Shown one piece after another: positions 20,231-31,519 of a stretch of DNA of 64,000 nt. The stretch's first letter is position 1. The number at the start of each line of letters is the position of its first letter. This stretch comes from Acutalibacteraceae bacterium (GTDB lineage Bacteria > Bacillota > Clostridia > Oscillospirales > Acutalibacteraceae), in contig JAZSGW010000013.1 in assembly GCA_045532935.1 (NCBI GenBank), forward strand, positions 92,380 to 156,379, written 5' to 3'. The notes beneath the pieces were generated by a model that saw nothing but the letters and a program-made list of their open reading frames with translations, was not told where the DNA came from and did no database searches. Both the position numbers and the translations under genes were made by a program.

Positions 20231-21122
20231 AAATACTAAAGACAACCTGAAACTCTCAAAGCTTATTCCTGTTGCATATGGGGCAATACTGCTTTTTTCT
20301 GTTTTGAGGTGTTTTCAGTTAGTAAAATACATAGATAGTGAAACCGGATTTTTCATTGGAGGAGCCTGGCTTAAGGTGTTGCTTTACGGTGCAATTACTG
20401 TAGTGTGCCTTGGTTTTATAATTGTTTCATATCTGTCGTCAGATGGCAAAAAAGCTGAGCTTATTGCCCTTAAAGACCGTACAGCAGGAATTTCCGGTGT
20501 GGTATTTGTTATAAGTCTTTTTTACGATGCGTTTAGCAGTTTTGGTGAAGCTGTTGTAAAGTTCGACGGATTATCTGTAGGATATTTTGATAAATCATCT
20601 GAAATTTTTAAAGCTCTTATGGCCTCGGGTACTCTTCCGTATGCTTTGCAAGGCTTTTTTGCAGTGCTTTCTGCTGTTTATGTTATTATTCTTGCGAAAA
20701 GCTTTCTTAAGGGTAGCAAAAATGCACATAACCATAAACTGTTTGCTCTTGCACCTATTGCTTGGGCAGCTTTTAAAATGATTACCCGATTTGTTAAGCA
20801 GATAAGCTATATAAAAGTCTCTGATTTGTTCCTTGAGCTTATTATGTTAGCTTTTATGATTACATTTTTTGTGGCTCTTTCGCAGGTCGTTTCAGGTGTT
20901 TATTCCGATGATACCCGTTGGAGAATTACAGCTTTGGGCTTTAGCGGTGCAGTTCTTGCACTCTCTATCAATATTCCGAGACTTGTACTTACTCTTATGG
21001 CGAATAATTTTATCAACACAGAGTATCCCTTCAATCCGGCTGATACGTTTTTCGGTATTTTCGCTTTCTCGGTTGCTGTTGCTGCTATAAAATCCCTTGG
21101 AACAGAAAAAGCAGAAGGTTGA
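20220..21122 (+). CDS. Polytopic membrane protein of unknown function
   Basis: About 300 aa with 7-8 hydrophobic segments. I chose the ATG at 20220 (MKLKNTK), which overlaps the citrate synthase stop. The upstream 30 codons in the ORF track lie inside that gene. Confidence 0.6.
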   Translation: MKLKNTKDNLKLSKLIPVAYGAILLFSVLRCFQLVKYIDSETGFFIGGAWLKVLLYGAITVVCLGFIIVSYLSSDGKKAELIALKDRTAGISGVVFVISLFYDAFSSFGEAVVKFDGLSVGYFDKSSEIFKALMASGTLPYALQGFFAVLSAVYVIILAKSFLKGSKNAHNHKLFALAPIAWAAFKMITRFVKQISYIKVSDLFLELIMLAFMITFFVALSQVVSGVYSDDTRWRITALGFSGAVLALSINIPRLVLTLMANNFINTEYPFNPADTFFGIFAFSVAVAAIKSLGTEKAEG

Positions 21123-21151
21123 AAATTTAATACGGTTAAGGAGGAATTCTT

Positions 21152-22189
21152 ATGGAGGTATTTCAGAATTTACCGGTAACCTTTGGGGGCATTGATAAAG
21201 TCTTTGAGGTTTCAAACTATGTCGATCTCGGTTTTACAACTGTGCGCTGGTACGGTATCATAATTGCTTTCGGATTTACACTTGCAGTTCTTTTTGGCGG
21301 AAGAACTGCTTATGTCTGGAAAATCAATCTCGACAAAATGATTGACGTTCTTCTTTACGGAACGGTTTCTGCTATTATCGGTGCCAGACTTTATTATGTA
21401 ATATTTGCTTGGGATAATTACAAAAACAATCTTTCTGACATCTTTAAGATATGGGAAGGCGGTCTTGCTATTTACGGCGGTATTATAGCGGGTATTCTTG
21501 CTGCTTTTGTTGTCTGCAAGGTTGAAAAGCTTAATTTTTGTAACCTTCTCGATATGGTAGGTATGAGCCTTCTTATAGGTCAGGGAATAGGCCGTTGGGG
21601 TAACTATGCCAATCAGGAGGCATTCGGCGGCTTCACAAATGCTAACTGGGGAATGATGAGTGATAAAGTCATTGAATACATCGCAAGAAATCCTGCACAA
21701 TTTGGTTTGGAAAACATATCCGGAAAAGAAGAAATAGCCGAGTATATTGCACAGAACAATCTGTTTGTGCATCCTACTTTCTTTTATGAATCTGTATGGT
21801 GTATACTTGGATTTTTCATACTTTACATTATTCTCAAAAAATTCAGGAAATTCAGCGGTCAGCTCTTCCTTTGCTATGGCCTTTGGTACGGACTGGAGAG
21901 AATGATAGTAGAAGGAATGAGAACAGACAGCCTTTACGTAGGTAATAGCACTTTAAGGGTATCGCAGCTCATTTCGTTGGTACTTGTTGTTGTTTGCGGA
22001 ACGCTGCTTATCGGTCTTACGATTAAATATACGAAAAATCCTAAACCTATAGAGGGTGTAGATTATTTCCCACCTAAAACCGAAAAGGAGCTTCTTGCCG
22101 AAAAGAACAAACATATGAAAAAGGCGCTTAAGAGAAAAAAGCGCAGAATGAAAATAGAAAATGGTAAGATGGTTATAAAAAAGCAGTGA
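21152..22189 (+). CDS. lgt: Prolipoprotein diacylglyceryl transferase
   Basis: Lgt motifs WEGGLAIYGGIIAG and GRWGNYANQEAFG. AAGGAGG SD. Lys-rich C-terminal tail. Confidence 0.93.
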   Translation: MEVFQNLPVTFGGIDKVFEVSNYVDLGFTTVRWYGIIIAFGFTLAVLFGGRTAYVWKINLDKMIDVLLYGTVSAIIGARLYYVIFAWDNYKNNLSDIFKIWEGGLAIYGGIIAGILAAFVVCKVEKLNFCNLLDMVGMSLLIGQGIGRWGNYANQEAFGGFTNANWGMMSDKVIEYIARNPAQFGLENISGKEEIAEYIAQNNLFVHPTFFYESVWCILGFFILYIILKKFRKFSGQLFLCYGLWYGLERMIVEGMRTDSLYVGNSTLRVSQLISLVLVVVCGTLLIGLTIKYTKNPKPIEGVDYFPPKTEKELLAEKNKHMKKALKRKKRRMKIENGKMVIKKQ

Positions 22190-22229
22190 CAATAGTCATT
22201 GTAATTAAGAATGATGAAAGGGGAAGGTT

Positions 22230-23081
22230 ATGTATAATCTTATAGACGGAAAAGCTGTTTCTGCTTATATTAAGGATACAGTTAAAGAAAAAACTGAAGC
22301 TCTTAAGGCTCTGGGTAAGGAAATCACACTCGCTGTAATTATCGTGGGTAATGATCCCGCATCAAGAGTGTATGTTAATAATAAAAAGAAGGCTTGTGGG
22401 TACGTTGGATTCAGGTCGCTTGAATTTGCTTTACCTGAAGAAACAACGGAAGAGGAGCTTCTTGAACTCATTGACAGACTCAATAACGATGATACTGTAA
22501 ACGGTATACTTTGTCAGCTTCCCGTGCCTGCACATATCGATGATGAAAAGGTTATTGACAAAATTTCTCCTGATAAGGACGTGGATGGATTTTCGAAGAT
22601 AAATGTCGGAAAGCTCTGGCTTGGTGAATATGATCTTGCCGCTTGTACACCTATGGGTGTTATGGAGCTTCTCAGATACTACAATATTGAAGTTGCCGGT
22701 AAAAATTGCGTTATTATTGGCCGAAGCAATATTGTAGGCAAGCCAATGGCTGCGCTTCTTCTTGAACAGAGCGGAACCGTTACAATATGTCATTCACGAA
22801 CAAAAAATCTTTCCGAGATAACTTCAAATGCGGACATACTTGTTGCAGCAGTCGGAAGAGCAGGCTTTGTAACTGCTGATATGGTTAAGGAAGGTGCAGT
22901 TGTAATTGATGTCGGTATTAACCGTAATGCTGACGGTAAGCTCTGCGGAGATGTTGATTTTGATGCTGTAAAAGAAAAAGCATCGTATATCACACCTGTT
23001 CCCGGCGGTTGCGGACCTATGACTATCGCCTTGCTTATGAAAAACACACTTATCGCTGCCGAGAAGCAGAATAAAACATAA
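22230..23081 (+). CDS. folD: Bifunctional methylene-THF dehydrogenase/methenyl-THF cyclohydrolase
   Basis: 283 aa. Motifs GRSNIVGKPMAALL and VPGGCGPMT. Confidence 0.95.
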   Translation: MYNLIDGKAVSAYIKDTVKEKTEALKALGKEITLAVIIVGNDPASRVYVNNKKKACGYVGFRSLEFALPEETTEEELLELIDRLNNDDTVNGILCQLPVPAHIDDEKVIDKISPDKDVDGFSKINVGKLWLGEYDLAACTPMGVMELLRYYNIEVAGKNCVIIGRSNIVGKPMAALLLEQSGTVTICHSRTKNLSEITSNADILVAAVGRAGFVTADMVKEGAVVIDVGINRNADGKLCGDVDFDAVKEKASYITPVPGGCGPMTIALLMKNTLIAAEKQNKT

Positions 23082-23720
23082 ATGCTTATATATTCACTTA
23101 TATCTGTTTCGGATATGTCCGAAAGCGATGTTGATTTTCTTCGAAAAAACATCTCACCGAACTTCAGTATGAATTCTAATATGCAGCGAAAGGAATCTGT
23201 TTCAGGCAAAGCACTCCTTACGTATATTCTTAAAGAAAAGTTCGGGATTACTGATTTTTTTGTGGAGTGTACTGAAAGCGGTAAACCTTATTTAAGCACA
23301 GCTGCCGTACATTTTAATATAAGTCATTGTGATGATTATGTTTTGTGTGTTTGCGGCGATAAAGCTGTGGGGTGTGATATAGAGAAAATCAAACCTTATA
23401 ATGAAAAAGTTGCACGAAGATTCTATACAGACAGCGAGTGTAAAATTCTTACTGATAGTCAGAATCCCGACGTTGATTTTATGAGGATGTGGACACTTAA
23501 GGAAAGCGCACTTAAATACAGTGGTGTAGGTCTTTCAGGGGGACTTGACCGATGGGATTTTTCGGAGTATTATAATCGTGAAAAATTTTGTTTTAAAGGA
23601 CTTGATTTCACTTGTTGGCAGCAGGGCGATCTGATTATCAGTATTTGTTCTGTGAATAATAGTGGAATGGAAGAATTTAAGACAGATGTGAAAAAAATAT
23701 CAGCTTTGAAAGGTGAATAA
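23082..23720 (+). CDS. Sfp-type 4'-phosphopantetheinyl transferase
   Basis: 212 aa. Motifs GKPYL, FNISHC, GCDIE and WTLKESALKYSGVGL. Confidence 0.8.
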   Translation: MLIYSLISVSDMSESDVDFLRKNISPNFSMNSNMQRKESVSGKALLTYILKEKFGITDFFVECTESGKPYLSTAAVHFNISHCDDYVLCVCGDKAVGCDIEKIKPYNEKVARRFYTDSECKILTDSQNPDVDFMRMWTLKESALKYSGVGLSGGLDRWDFSEYYNREKFCFKGLDFTCWQQGDLIISICSVNNSGMEEFKTDVKKISALKGE

Positions 23721-23721
23721 A

Positions 23722-25134
23722 ATGAATACAATCAAATTTTTAAAGAGTAAACTTGGATACGGTGTCGGAGCTATCGGTCTCGATTTGAGCTACGGTATGT
23801 TTTATTCATTTCTTGCTCAGTATCTGACTAATGTTCTTAAATTAAAGCATGGTTTTCTTCTTGTACTCACACCTATTGCAAGACTTTGGGACGGTATCAA
23901 TGACCCTATGATGGGTACAATCGTTGATAATACAAACACAAAGATGGGTAAATACAGACCATGGATTCTTCGCGGTTCTATTCTCAATGCAATCGTTCTT
24001 GTTTTTCTTTTTTCAAATCCCTTTAAGCTCGAAGGTGTTGCCCTTTGTGCATATATAGCAATTATGTATGTCGGTTGGGGTATGTCTAACACACTTGCAG
24101 ACATTCCGTATTGGTCAATGGTTCCTTCTTTTACAAGCGATCCTAACGAAAGAAGTCTCATTTCAACTCTCGCAAGAACATTCTCGGGCCTTGGACAGGG
24201 TATTGTTTCTCTCGGAGCTCCGCTTCTTATGTCTGCTGTCAGCCGCACTCCATCTATTGACCCTGAAACCGGTGAAGTGGTAATGGTTTTCGATGAACGC
24301 AGTTTCTTTATCTGTGCTATTGTTTGCGCAGCAAGCCTTATCTTCTTCTCAAGCCTTTCTGTTGCAACTACTAAAGAAACACAGACAACGAAGGCCGCTG
24401 AAAAGTTCTCATTTAAAAAAGCTTTGCAGATTATCAGAACAAACGATCAGCTTCTTGTATTTATGCTCTTTGCTATGATCTCTAATGCAGGTTGGTACCT
24501 TACATCAGGTGTTGCAGCTTACTACTTTGATGTTGTTGTTGGTGATCCAAAGAAGCAGTCAATGTTCTCGACATTCCAGGCTGTTGGTTCCGTAGTCGGT
24601 CTTTTACTTCTTCCCTTCCTTCAAAAGTATATGTCAAAAAGAAGAGCTTATCAGGTCTCATTGTTACTTGCAGCTCTTGGCTATGCAGGCATTTCCGTCG
24701 GTGCATTTACAAACCAGCTTATGATTATGAATATCAGCTACCTGCTTTGTTCTATTGGTATGGCCGCAATGTTTATTGCTCAGACAGTATTTCTTGCCGA
24801 TGTTGTTGACTACGGTGAGTATAAAATGGGCTTCAGAGCCGAGTCTATTACCTTCTCTATGAAAGGCTTCCTTCAGAAGATGGCATATACTCTTCAGACA
24901 ATTATCCTCTTTGCTTCACTCGGCATTTCAAAGTATGACGGTGATCTTCACGCACAGAACCCTGAATCAGCAAAACTTGCAATTACACTTATGCTTTGTG
25001 TTATTCCGACAGTTCTCTTTGCAATTTCACTTGTTATATTTTCGAAGAAGTTCAAGCTTCACGGTGATTTTATGGACGAAGTTACAGCTATTGTTACAGA
25101 AAATAAGAAAAAGAGAGAGCTTGAAGCACAGTAA
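23722..25134 (+). CDS. GPH/MelB-type cation symporter (second copy)
   Basis: GPH signature ARLWDGINDPMMGTIVDN. I prefer the ATG at 23722, which has GAAAGGTG 6 nt upstream. The ORF-track GTG at 23713 is an alternative. Confidence 0.85.
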   Translation: MNTIKFLKSKLGYGVGAIGLDLSYGMFYSFLAQYLTNVLKLKHGFLLVLTPIARLWDGINDPMMGTIVDNTNTKMGKYRPWILRGSILNAIVLVFLFSNPFKLEGVALCAYIAIMYVGWGMSNTLADIPYWSMVPSFTSDPNERSLISTLARTFSGLGQGIVSLGAPLLMSAVSRTPSIDPETGEVVMVFDERSFFICAIVCAASLIFFSSLSVATTKETQTTKAAEKFSFKKALQIIRTNDQLLVFMLFAMISNAGWYLTSGVAAYYFDVVVGDPKKQSMFSTFQAVGSVVGLLLLPFLQKYMSKRRAYQVSLLLAALGYAGISVGAFTNQLMIMNISYLLCSIGMAAMFIAQTVFLADVVDYGEYKMGFRAESITFSMKGFLQKMAYTLQTIILFASLGISKYDGDLHAQNPESAKLAITLMLCVIPTVLFAISLVIFSKKFKLHGDFMDEVTAIVTENKKKRELEAQ

Positions 25135-25140
25135 AAGTTT

Positions 25141-25176
25141 ATTGGTCACAGTTTAAGACTGTGACCAATATTTTTT
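25141..25176 (+). terminator. Intrinsic terminator
   Basis: 12-bp perfect stem ATTGGTCACAGT/ACTGTGACCAAT followed by ATTTTTT. Confidence 0.85.
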
Positions 25177-25208
25177 CGCTTTAAACAGGTAAAATTTTCT
25201 TATAATTG

Positions 25209-25237
25209 TTGACATGTATTTTGCGTTGTGATATAAT
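25209..25237 (+). promoter_or_regulatory. Sigma-A type promoter for the ilv operon
   Basis: TTGACA, 17-nt spacer, TGaTATAAT (extended -10). Only about 45 nt of leader precede ilvB. Confidence 0.75.
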
Positions 25238-25286
25238 ATTTGCTAATTAGTTTAAGTGGATTTCCCTTTTTGAAAGGATTTTTAAA

Positions 25287-26987
25287 ATGAAGTTAACCGG
25301 TTCACAAATTGTAATTGAAACCTTGATTGAACAAGGAGTAACTGATGTTTTCGGTTACCCCGGAGGACAGGTTCTTAATATATATGATGCTTTGTATCAG
25401 GCGAGTGACAGAATTAATCACATTCTCACGGCACACGAGCAGGGTGCTGCTCATGCTGCTGATGGTTATGCGAGAGCAAAAGGCACCGTAGGTGTTGTTA
25501 TTGCAACATCTGGTCCCGGTGCAACAAATCTTGTTACCGGAATAGCAAACGCAATGCTCGATTCTGTGCCTATGGTTGCAATCACAGGAAATGTGCCTAC
25601 CTCGCTTGTGGGTAAGGATAGCTTTCAGGAAATTGATATTACAGGTGTAACTCTTCCGATAACAAAGCATAATTATTTCGTTAAAGATGTAAACGAATTA
25701 GCTGACAGTATCCGTGAAGCGTTCCGTATTGCAAAATCGGGCAGACCGGGTCCTGTGCTTGTCGATATTCCCAAGGACGTGCAAATTGCTGTTACGGATT
25801 TTGAAAAACGCGATGTTGTTGATAAATTCCCTGAAAAGAAGGTAAAAGACAGCAAAATATTTGAAGCAGTAAAGCTTATCAATGAATCCGAAAGACCTTA
25901 CATATATGTCGGCGGTGGCGTTATGAGCCGTGACCTTGGCGAAATGGTAATGTCCCTCTGTGAAAAAATCGACGGTTGCATCGGTTGCACATTTATGGGA
26001 CTTTCTTCAGTTCCTGACTCTTATGAAAAGTTTCTGGGAATGCAGGGAATGCACGGGCACTACGCCTCATCTATGGCTAATAAAAATGCCGATTTAATTA
26101 TCGGTATCGGTGTGCGTTTCAGTGACAGAGCTACGGGCAATACCCAAAAATACTGTAAGGGTGCTAAAATAATCCACCTCGATGTAGACAGAGCTGAAAT
26201 CAATAAAAACATTATTGTTGATATAGGTCTTGTAGGTGACATCAGAGACAGTCTTGAAAGAATTATCAAAGCTGTCGATGAAAAGAAAAGACCGGAATGG
26301 CAAGAGGAAATCAGGTCACTTGTTATCGAAGAAAAAGAAATAGATGTTTTTAATGATAAGAATACAAAGGCGGTTCTTCCGCCAAAACGTATTTTTGAAA
26401 TAATCAATAAGTACAAATCAGCAGGTACGGTAATCGCTACAGACGTAGGTCAGCATCAGATGTGGGCGGCACAGTACACAACATTTGAAAAGACCAGAAA
26501 GTTCATTTCTTCGGGCGGTCTCGGTACAATGGGTTATGGACTCGGAGCTGCAATCGGTGCGCAGGTTGCTACGGGAGAAAAAACTGTTCTTGTAACGGGT
26601 GATGGTTCGTTCGGTATGAACCTCAACGAAGTTGCTACAGCGGTTACGTATAATCTACCGGTTGTCATTGTTTTGCTTAATAATGGCGTACTCGGAATGG
26701 TCAGACAGTGGCAGACACTCTTCTTTGATAAGAGATATTCAAATACCGTTCTCGGAAGGAAAACGGACTTTATCAGACTTGCAGAAGCATTCGGTGCTAT
26801 AGCATTCAGAGCCGAAAATGCAGAAGATTTTGATAAAGCAATGAATGAGGCGATGAAGATTGATTCACCTGTTCTGATTGAAGTCGTAATTGACAAGGAC
26901 GAGTTTGTTTTACCTATGTTACCTCCGGGCGGTTCAATAGATGACATTATTGTTTCGATTGATAAGGAGGGTAACGGTAATGAGTAA
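25287..26987 (+). CDS. ilvB: Acetolactate synthase large subunit
   Basis: 566 aa, a ThDP enzyme. ThDP-binding motif GDGSFGMNLNE...NN. Confidence 0.95.
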   Translation: MKLTGSQIVIETLIEQGVTDVFGYPGGQVLNIYDALYQASDRINHILTAHEQGAAHAADGYARAKGTVGVVIATSGPGATNLVTGIANAMLDSVPMVAITGNVPTSLVGKDSFQEIDITGVTLPITKHNYFVKDVNELADSIREAFRIAKSGRPGPVLVDIPKDVQIAVTDFEKRDVVDKFPEKKVKDSKIFEAVKLINESERPYIYVGGGVMSRDLGEMVMSLCEKIDGCIGCTFMGLSSVPDSYEKFLGMQGMHGHYASSMANKNADLIIGIGVRFSDRATGNTQKYCKGAKIIHLDVDRAEINKNIIVDIGLVGDIRDSLERIIKAVDEKKRPEWQEEIRSLVIEEKEIDVFNDKNTKAVLPPKRIFEIINKYKSAGTVIATDVGQHQMWAAQYTTFEKTRKFISSGGLGTMGYGLGAAIGAQVATGEKTVLVTGDGSFGMNLNEVATAVTYNLPVVIVLLNNGVLGMVRQWQTLFFDKRYSNTVLGRKTDFIRLAEAFGAIAFRAENAEDFDKAMNEAMKIDSPVLIEVVIDKDEFVLPMLPPGGSIDDIIVSIDKEGNGNE

Positions 26988-27480
26988 ATATGTTATTGCT
27001 GTTTATGTTGATAATAAACCGGGTGTTCTTACAAGAGTTTCTAGTATGTTTACCCGAAGAGCTTTCAACATTGATACACTTACCGTTGGTGAAATTGAAA
27101 ATCCGGCATATTCCCGAATTACGATTTCTCTTTCAGGTGATGAGTACACTAAAAATCAGATTGTTGCACAGTTACATAAGCTCCATAATGTGCAGAAAGT
27201 AAAAGTTCTAAGCGATGAGAGCACTCTTAAAAGAGAGCTTATGATAATTAAAATGAAAAACAATCCCCATAACAGAGCGGAAATAATGGCTGCAGCCGAT
27301 GTCTACAAAGGTAAAATAATCGACTATTCAGTAAGCACTATAAGCGTTGAAGTTACGGGCGAACCTGTTAAAATTGATGCTTTTATTGAGCTTATGAAGC
27401 CATTAGGCATACTTGAAATGTGCCGTACAGGTATCGTTGCTATTGAACGCGGTGCCGAAACAATGTTTTCTCAGGAATAA
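26980..27480 (+). CDS. ilvN: Acetolactate synthase small (regulatory) subunit
   Basis: ACT domain VYVDNKPGVLTRVSSMFTRRAFNIDTLTVG. The ATG at 26980 overlaps the ilvB stop by 8 nt, so the ORF-track start at 26941 is probably too far upstream. Confidence 0.92.
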   Translation: MSKYVIAVYVDNKPGVLTRVSSMFTRRAFNIDTLTVGEIENPAYSRITISLSGDEYTKNQIVAQLHKLHNVQKVKVLSDESTLKRELMIIKMKNNPHNRAEIMAAADVYKGKIIDYSVSTISVEVTGEPVKIDAFIELMKPLGILEMCRTGIVAIERGAETMFSQE

Positions 27481-27516
27481 ATAAAATAAAAATAAATTCT
27501 CAAAAATAAGGAGTAA

Positions 27517-28539
<1,023 letters not shown>

Positions 28540-28557
28540 AAATTGACATTAGGTCTG

Positions 28558-28585
28558 TTGAGCCACGGCACAGCAGACCTATAAT
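28558..28585 (+). promoter_or_regulatory. Possible internal promoter for ilvD
   Basis: TTGAGC, 16-nt spacer, TATAAT. It is embedded in or next to a 10-bp hairpin (28551-28580). Confidence 0.35.
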
Positions 28586-28630
28586 GACTTTAATTGCAAA
28601 TATTAAAATGCAAATGAAAGGATTTTCACA

Positions 28631-30295
28631 ATGATTAAAGATACAATAGTTGATGGCTTCAACAATGCACCTCACCGTTCTCTTTATCACGCAATAGGAC
28701 TTACTAAAGAGGAGCAGTCAAGACCCCTTATTGGTATTGTTTCATCTTTTAATGAAATAGTTCCCGGTCACGTTAATCTTGATAAAATTGCAGATGCTGT
28801 AAAGCTCGGTGTGGCAATGGCGGGCGGTACTCCGATCGTTTTTCCTGCGATTACTGTTTGTGACGGTATCGCTATGGGCCATGTAGGCATGAAGTATTCA
28901 CTTATAACAAGAGATCTTATCGCCGATTCAACAGAAGCAATGGTAATGGCTCACGGTTTTGATGGTCTTGTTATGATACCTAACTGTGATAAGAATGTTC
29001 CGGGACTTCTTATGGCAGCAGCAAGACTCAATATACCTACTATTTTTGTTTCAGGCGGACCTATGCTTGCAGGTCGTATTGACGGCAAAAAAACAAGCCT
29101 CTCAAGTATGTTTGAGGCTGTCGGTGCTTATACAGCGGGTAAAATCGACGAGGAAAGACTTACGCTCTGTGAGGAAAAGACTTGTCCGACCTGTGGTTCC
29201 TGCTCGGGTATGTATACCGCCAATTCAATGAACTGTCTTACAGAAGTGCTTGGTATGGGTCTTGAGGGCAACGGAACAATTCCTGCAGTTTATTCCAAGA
29301 GAATTGAGCTTGCAAAGCACGCGGGTATGCAGATAATGGAGCTTGTTAAAAAGGATATTCGTCCGAGAGACATTATGACTAAAGCTGCTTTTAATAATGC
29401 ACTTACTGCAGATATGGCATTAGGTTGTTCAACAAACAGTATGCTTCATCTTCCTGCTATTGCTAACGAATGCGGTATTGAAATTAATCTCGATGATGCA
29501 AACAGAATAAGCGAAAAGACTCCTAATCTTTGTCATCTTGCCCCTGCGGGACATACATATATGGAAGACCTTAATGAAGCCGGCGGTGTTTATGCTGTTC
29601 TCAAGGAGCTTACAAAAAAGAACCTTCTTGATACAAGTGTTATGACTTGCACAGGAAGAACCATGGCTGAAAACATTGAAAACGCTGTCAATCTTGATAA
29701 TGAGACAATCAGAGATATCGGCAATCCTTATTCACAGACAGGTGGCATAGCTGTTCTGAGAGGTAATCTTGCTCCTGACGGTTGTGTTGTAAAACGCAGC
29801 GCTGTTGCACAGGAAATGCTTGTTCACAGCGGACCCGCAAAGGTTTTTGACAGCGAAGAGGAAGCAATTTCTGCTATCTATAAAGGTGAAATAGTCAAGG
29901 GTGATGTTGTCGTAATCCGTTACGAAGGTCCTTCAGGTGGTCCTGGTATGCGTGAAATGCTTTCACCGACATCTGCAATCGCAGGTATGGGCCTTGATAA
30001 GGATGTTGCACTTATTACTGACGGTAGATTCTCCGGTGCTACAAGAGGTGCTGCTATCGGCCACGTTTCACCTGAAGCAGTAAGAGGCGGAATGATTGCA
30101 TATGTACGCAACGGTGATATTATCAGCGTCAATATACCCGAATATAAAATTGAACTTCTTGTCGATGAAGATGAGCTTGAAAAGAGAAAAGCAGAAACTG
30201 TAATTAAGATAAAAACCGATATAAAAGGTTGTCTTAAGCGTTATGCAGATATGGTAAGCTCCGCTGACAAGGGTGCTGTTATTAATAAATTCTGA
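28631..30295 (+). CDS. ilvD: Dihydroxy-acid dehydratase
   Basis: 554 aa. Fe-S ligand motifs CDKNVPG and PTCGSCSGM. Confidence 0.96.
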   Translation: MIKDTIVDGFNNAPHRSLYHAIGLTKEEQSRPLIGIVSSFNEIVPGHVNLDKIADAVKLGVAMAGGTPIVFPAITVCDGIAMGHVGMKYSLITRDLIADSTEAMVMAHGFDGLVMIPNCDKNVPGLLMAAARLNIPTIFVSGGPMLAGRIDGKKTSLSSMFEAVGAYTAGKIDEERLTLCEEKTCPTCGSCSGMYTANSMNCLTEVLGMGLEGNGTIPAVYSKRIELAKHAGMQIMELVKKDIRPRDIMTKAAFNNALTADMALGCSTNSMLHLPAIANECGIEINLDDANRISEKTPNLCHLAPAGHTYMEDLNEAGGVYAVLKELTKKNLLDTSVMTCTGRTMAENIENAVNLDNETIRDIGNPYSQTGGIAVLRGNLAPDGCVVKRSAVAQEMLVHSGPAKVFDSEEEAISAIYKGEIVKGDVVVIRYEGPSGGPGMREMLSPTSAIAGMGLDKDVALITDGRFSGATRGAAIGHVSPEAVRGGMIAYVRNGDIISVNIPEYKIELLVDEDELEKRKAETVIKIKTDIKGCLKRYADMVSSADKGAVINKF

Positions 30296-30313
30296 TAGAA
30301 AAGCGGTATTTAA

Positions 30314-31504
30314 ATGACTAATCTTAACGAGTTAAAGTATGAGCTTTCCTCACTTACAATATTCAGAAACTTACTTTCGGACAGAGAATTAGCGCTGTTT
30401 TATAAATTGTTGTGCTGTGAAGGCGATGCTTTGGATAAGCTATCCGTTTATTCCGAGTTCGTTTCATCTCTTTTTAAACATTCGGCGTGTTTTTCTGCTT
30501 ATTTGAAAAAGGCTGTTTTTGAAGACGAGAACGCTTTTATAGTCCTCAAGGCAAAAAACAAGGCTATTCCTGAAAGTATATCCGAAAATCTAAAATATGA
30601 GCTTGAAATATTTACAAAGCTTTCCGAAGTTACTGTAGATGATATTAGAGCCTTCATTTCGTATGACGGCTATCTTCCTTCGTTTAATAATGAGTATACC
30701 GATTTTAAGACCTGCTATTTTGACAGGGCTGAAAACATATCGACTCTTGGATATGGAATTTTTGCATCATCACCTATGTTTAAGGTGGTTGACGGAATTA
30801 TTGTTCCTGTAGAATCCAACGATACGATAACGGTAGACAGCTTTGTCGGTTACGATAACGAAAGACAAGCGGTTATTGAAAATACAATCGCCCTAGTGGA
30901 GGGTCGCCCGGCTGCAAATGTTCTTTTATACGGTGATGCCGGCACGGGTAAATCCTCTACAGTTAAAGCGGTTGCTAATCTTCTGTTCGACGAAGGCGTA
31001 AGGCTTATTGAAGTCAGGAAGGATCAGCTTTTATCCTTGAGTGACATTATGAGCAAAATTGCGGAGAATCCATTAAAGTTCATTATTTTTATTGACGATT
31101 TGTCATTTAATAAAAATGACGATCAGTTTTCTATGCTTAAAGCCGCTCTTGAAGGTTCAGCTAGCGTAAAATCGGCGAACTCTGTTATTTATGCAACAAG
31201 CAACCGACGCCATATTGTCAAAGAAACCTTTTCTGACAGAGCATCAGCAGGCGATGATATACACCGTAATGATACTGTTCAGGAACTGCTTTCTCTTTCG
31301 GACAGATTCGGTCTTACCGTATATTTCTCAAGACCAGGTAAGAATCTATATCTTGATATTGTTCGTCAGCTTGCAGACAGGTATGAAGTTGAATACGATG
31401 AAAACGAATTAACCGTCAAGGCAGAAGCCTTTGCATTGAGTCGCGGCAGCAGATCACCTAGAGCAGCAGAACAATTTGTAAAAAATCTAATAAAACAAAA
31501 GTGA
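30314..31504 (+). CDS. DUF815-type P-loop ATPase
   Basis: 396 aa. Walker A LLYGDAGTGKSS and Walker B IIFIDDLSF. The overall layout matches DUF815 as I remember it. Confidence 0.7.
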   Translation: MTNLNELKYELSSLTIFRNLLSDRELALFYKLLCCEGDALDKLSVYSEFVSSLFKHSACFSAYLKKAVFEDENAFIVLKAKNKAIPESISENLKYELEIFTKLSEVTVDDIRAFISYDGYLPSFNNEYTDFKTCYFDRAENISTLGYGIFASSPMFKVVDGIIVPVESNDTITVDSFVGYDNERQAVIENTIALVEGRPAANVLLYGDAGTGKSSTVKAVANLLFDEGVRLIEVRKDQLLSLSDIMSKIAENPLKFIIFIDDLSFNKNDDQFSMLKAALEGSASVKSANSVIYATSNRRHIVKETFSDRASAGDDIHRNDTVQELLSLSDRFGLTVYFSRPGKNLYLDIVRQLADRYEVEYDENELTVKAEAFALSRGSRSPRAAEQFVKNLIKQK

Positions 31505-31519
31505 AAGGAAGTAAATATT

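Noticed and set aside
28544-28585. TTGACA and TATAAT as a single promoter.
   Set aside because: The 30-nt spacing is incompatible with sigma-A recognition. I kept only the TTGAGC-16-TATAAT alternative, at low confidence.
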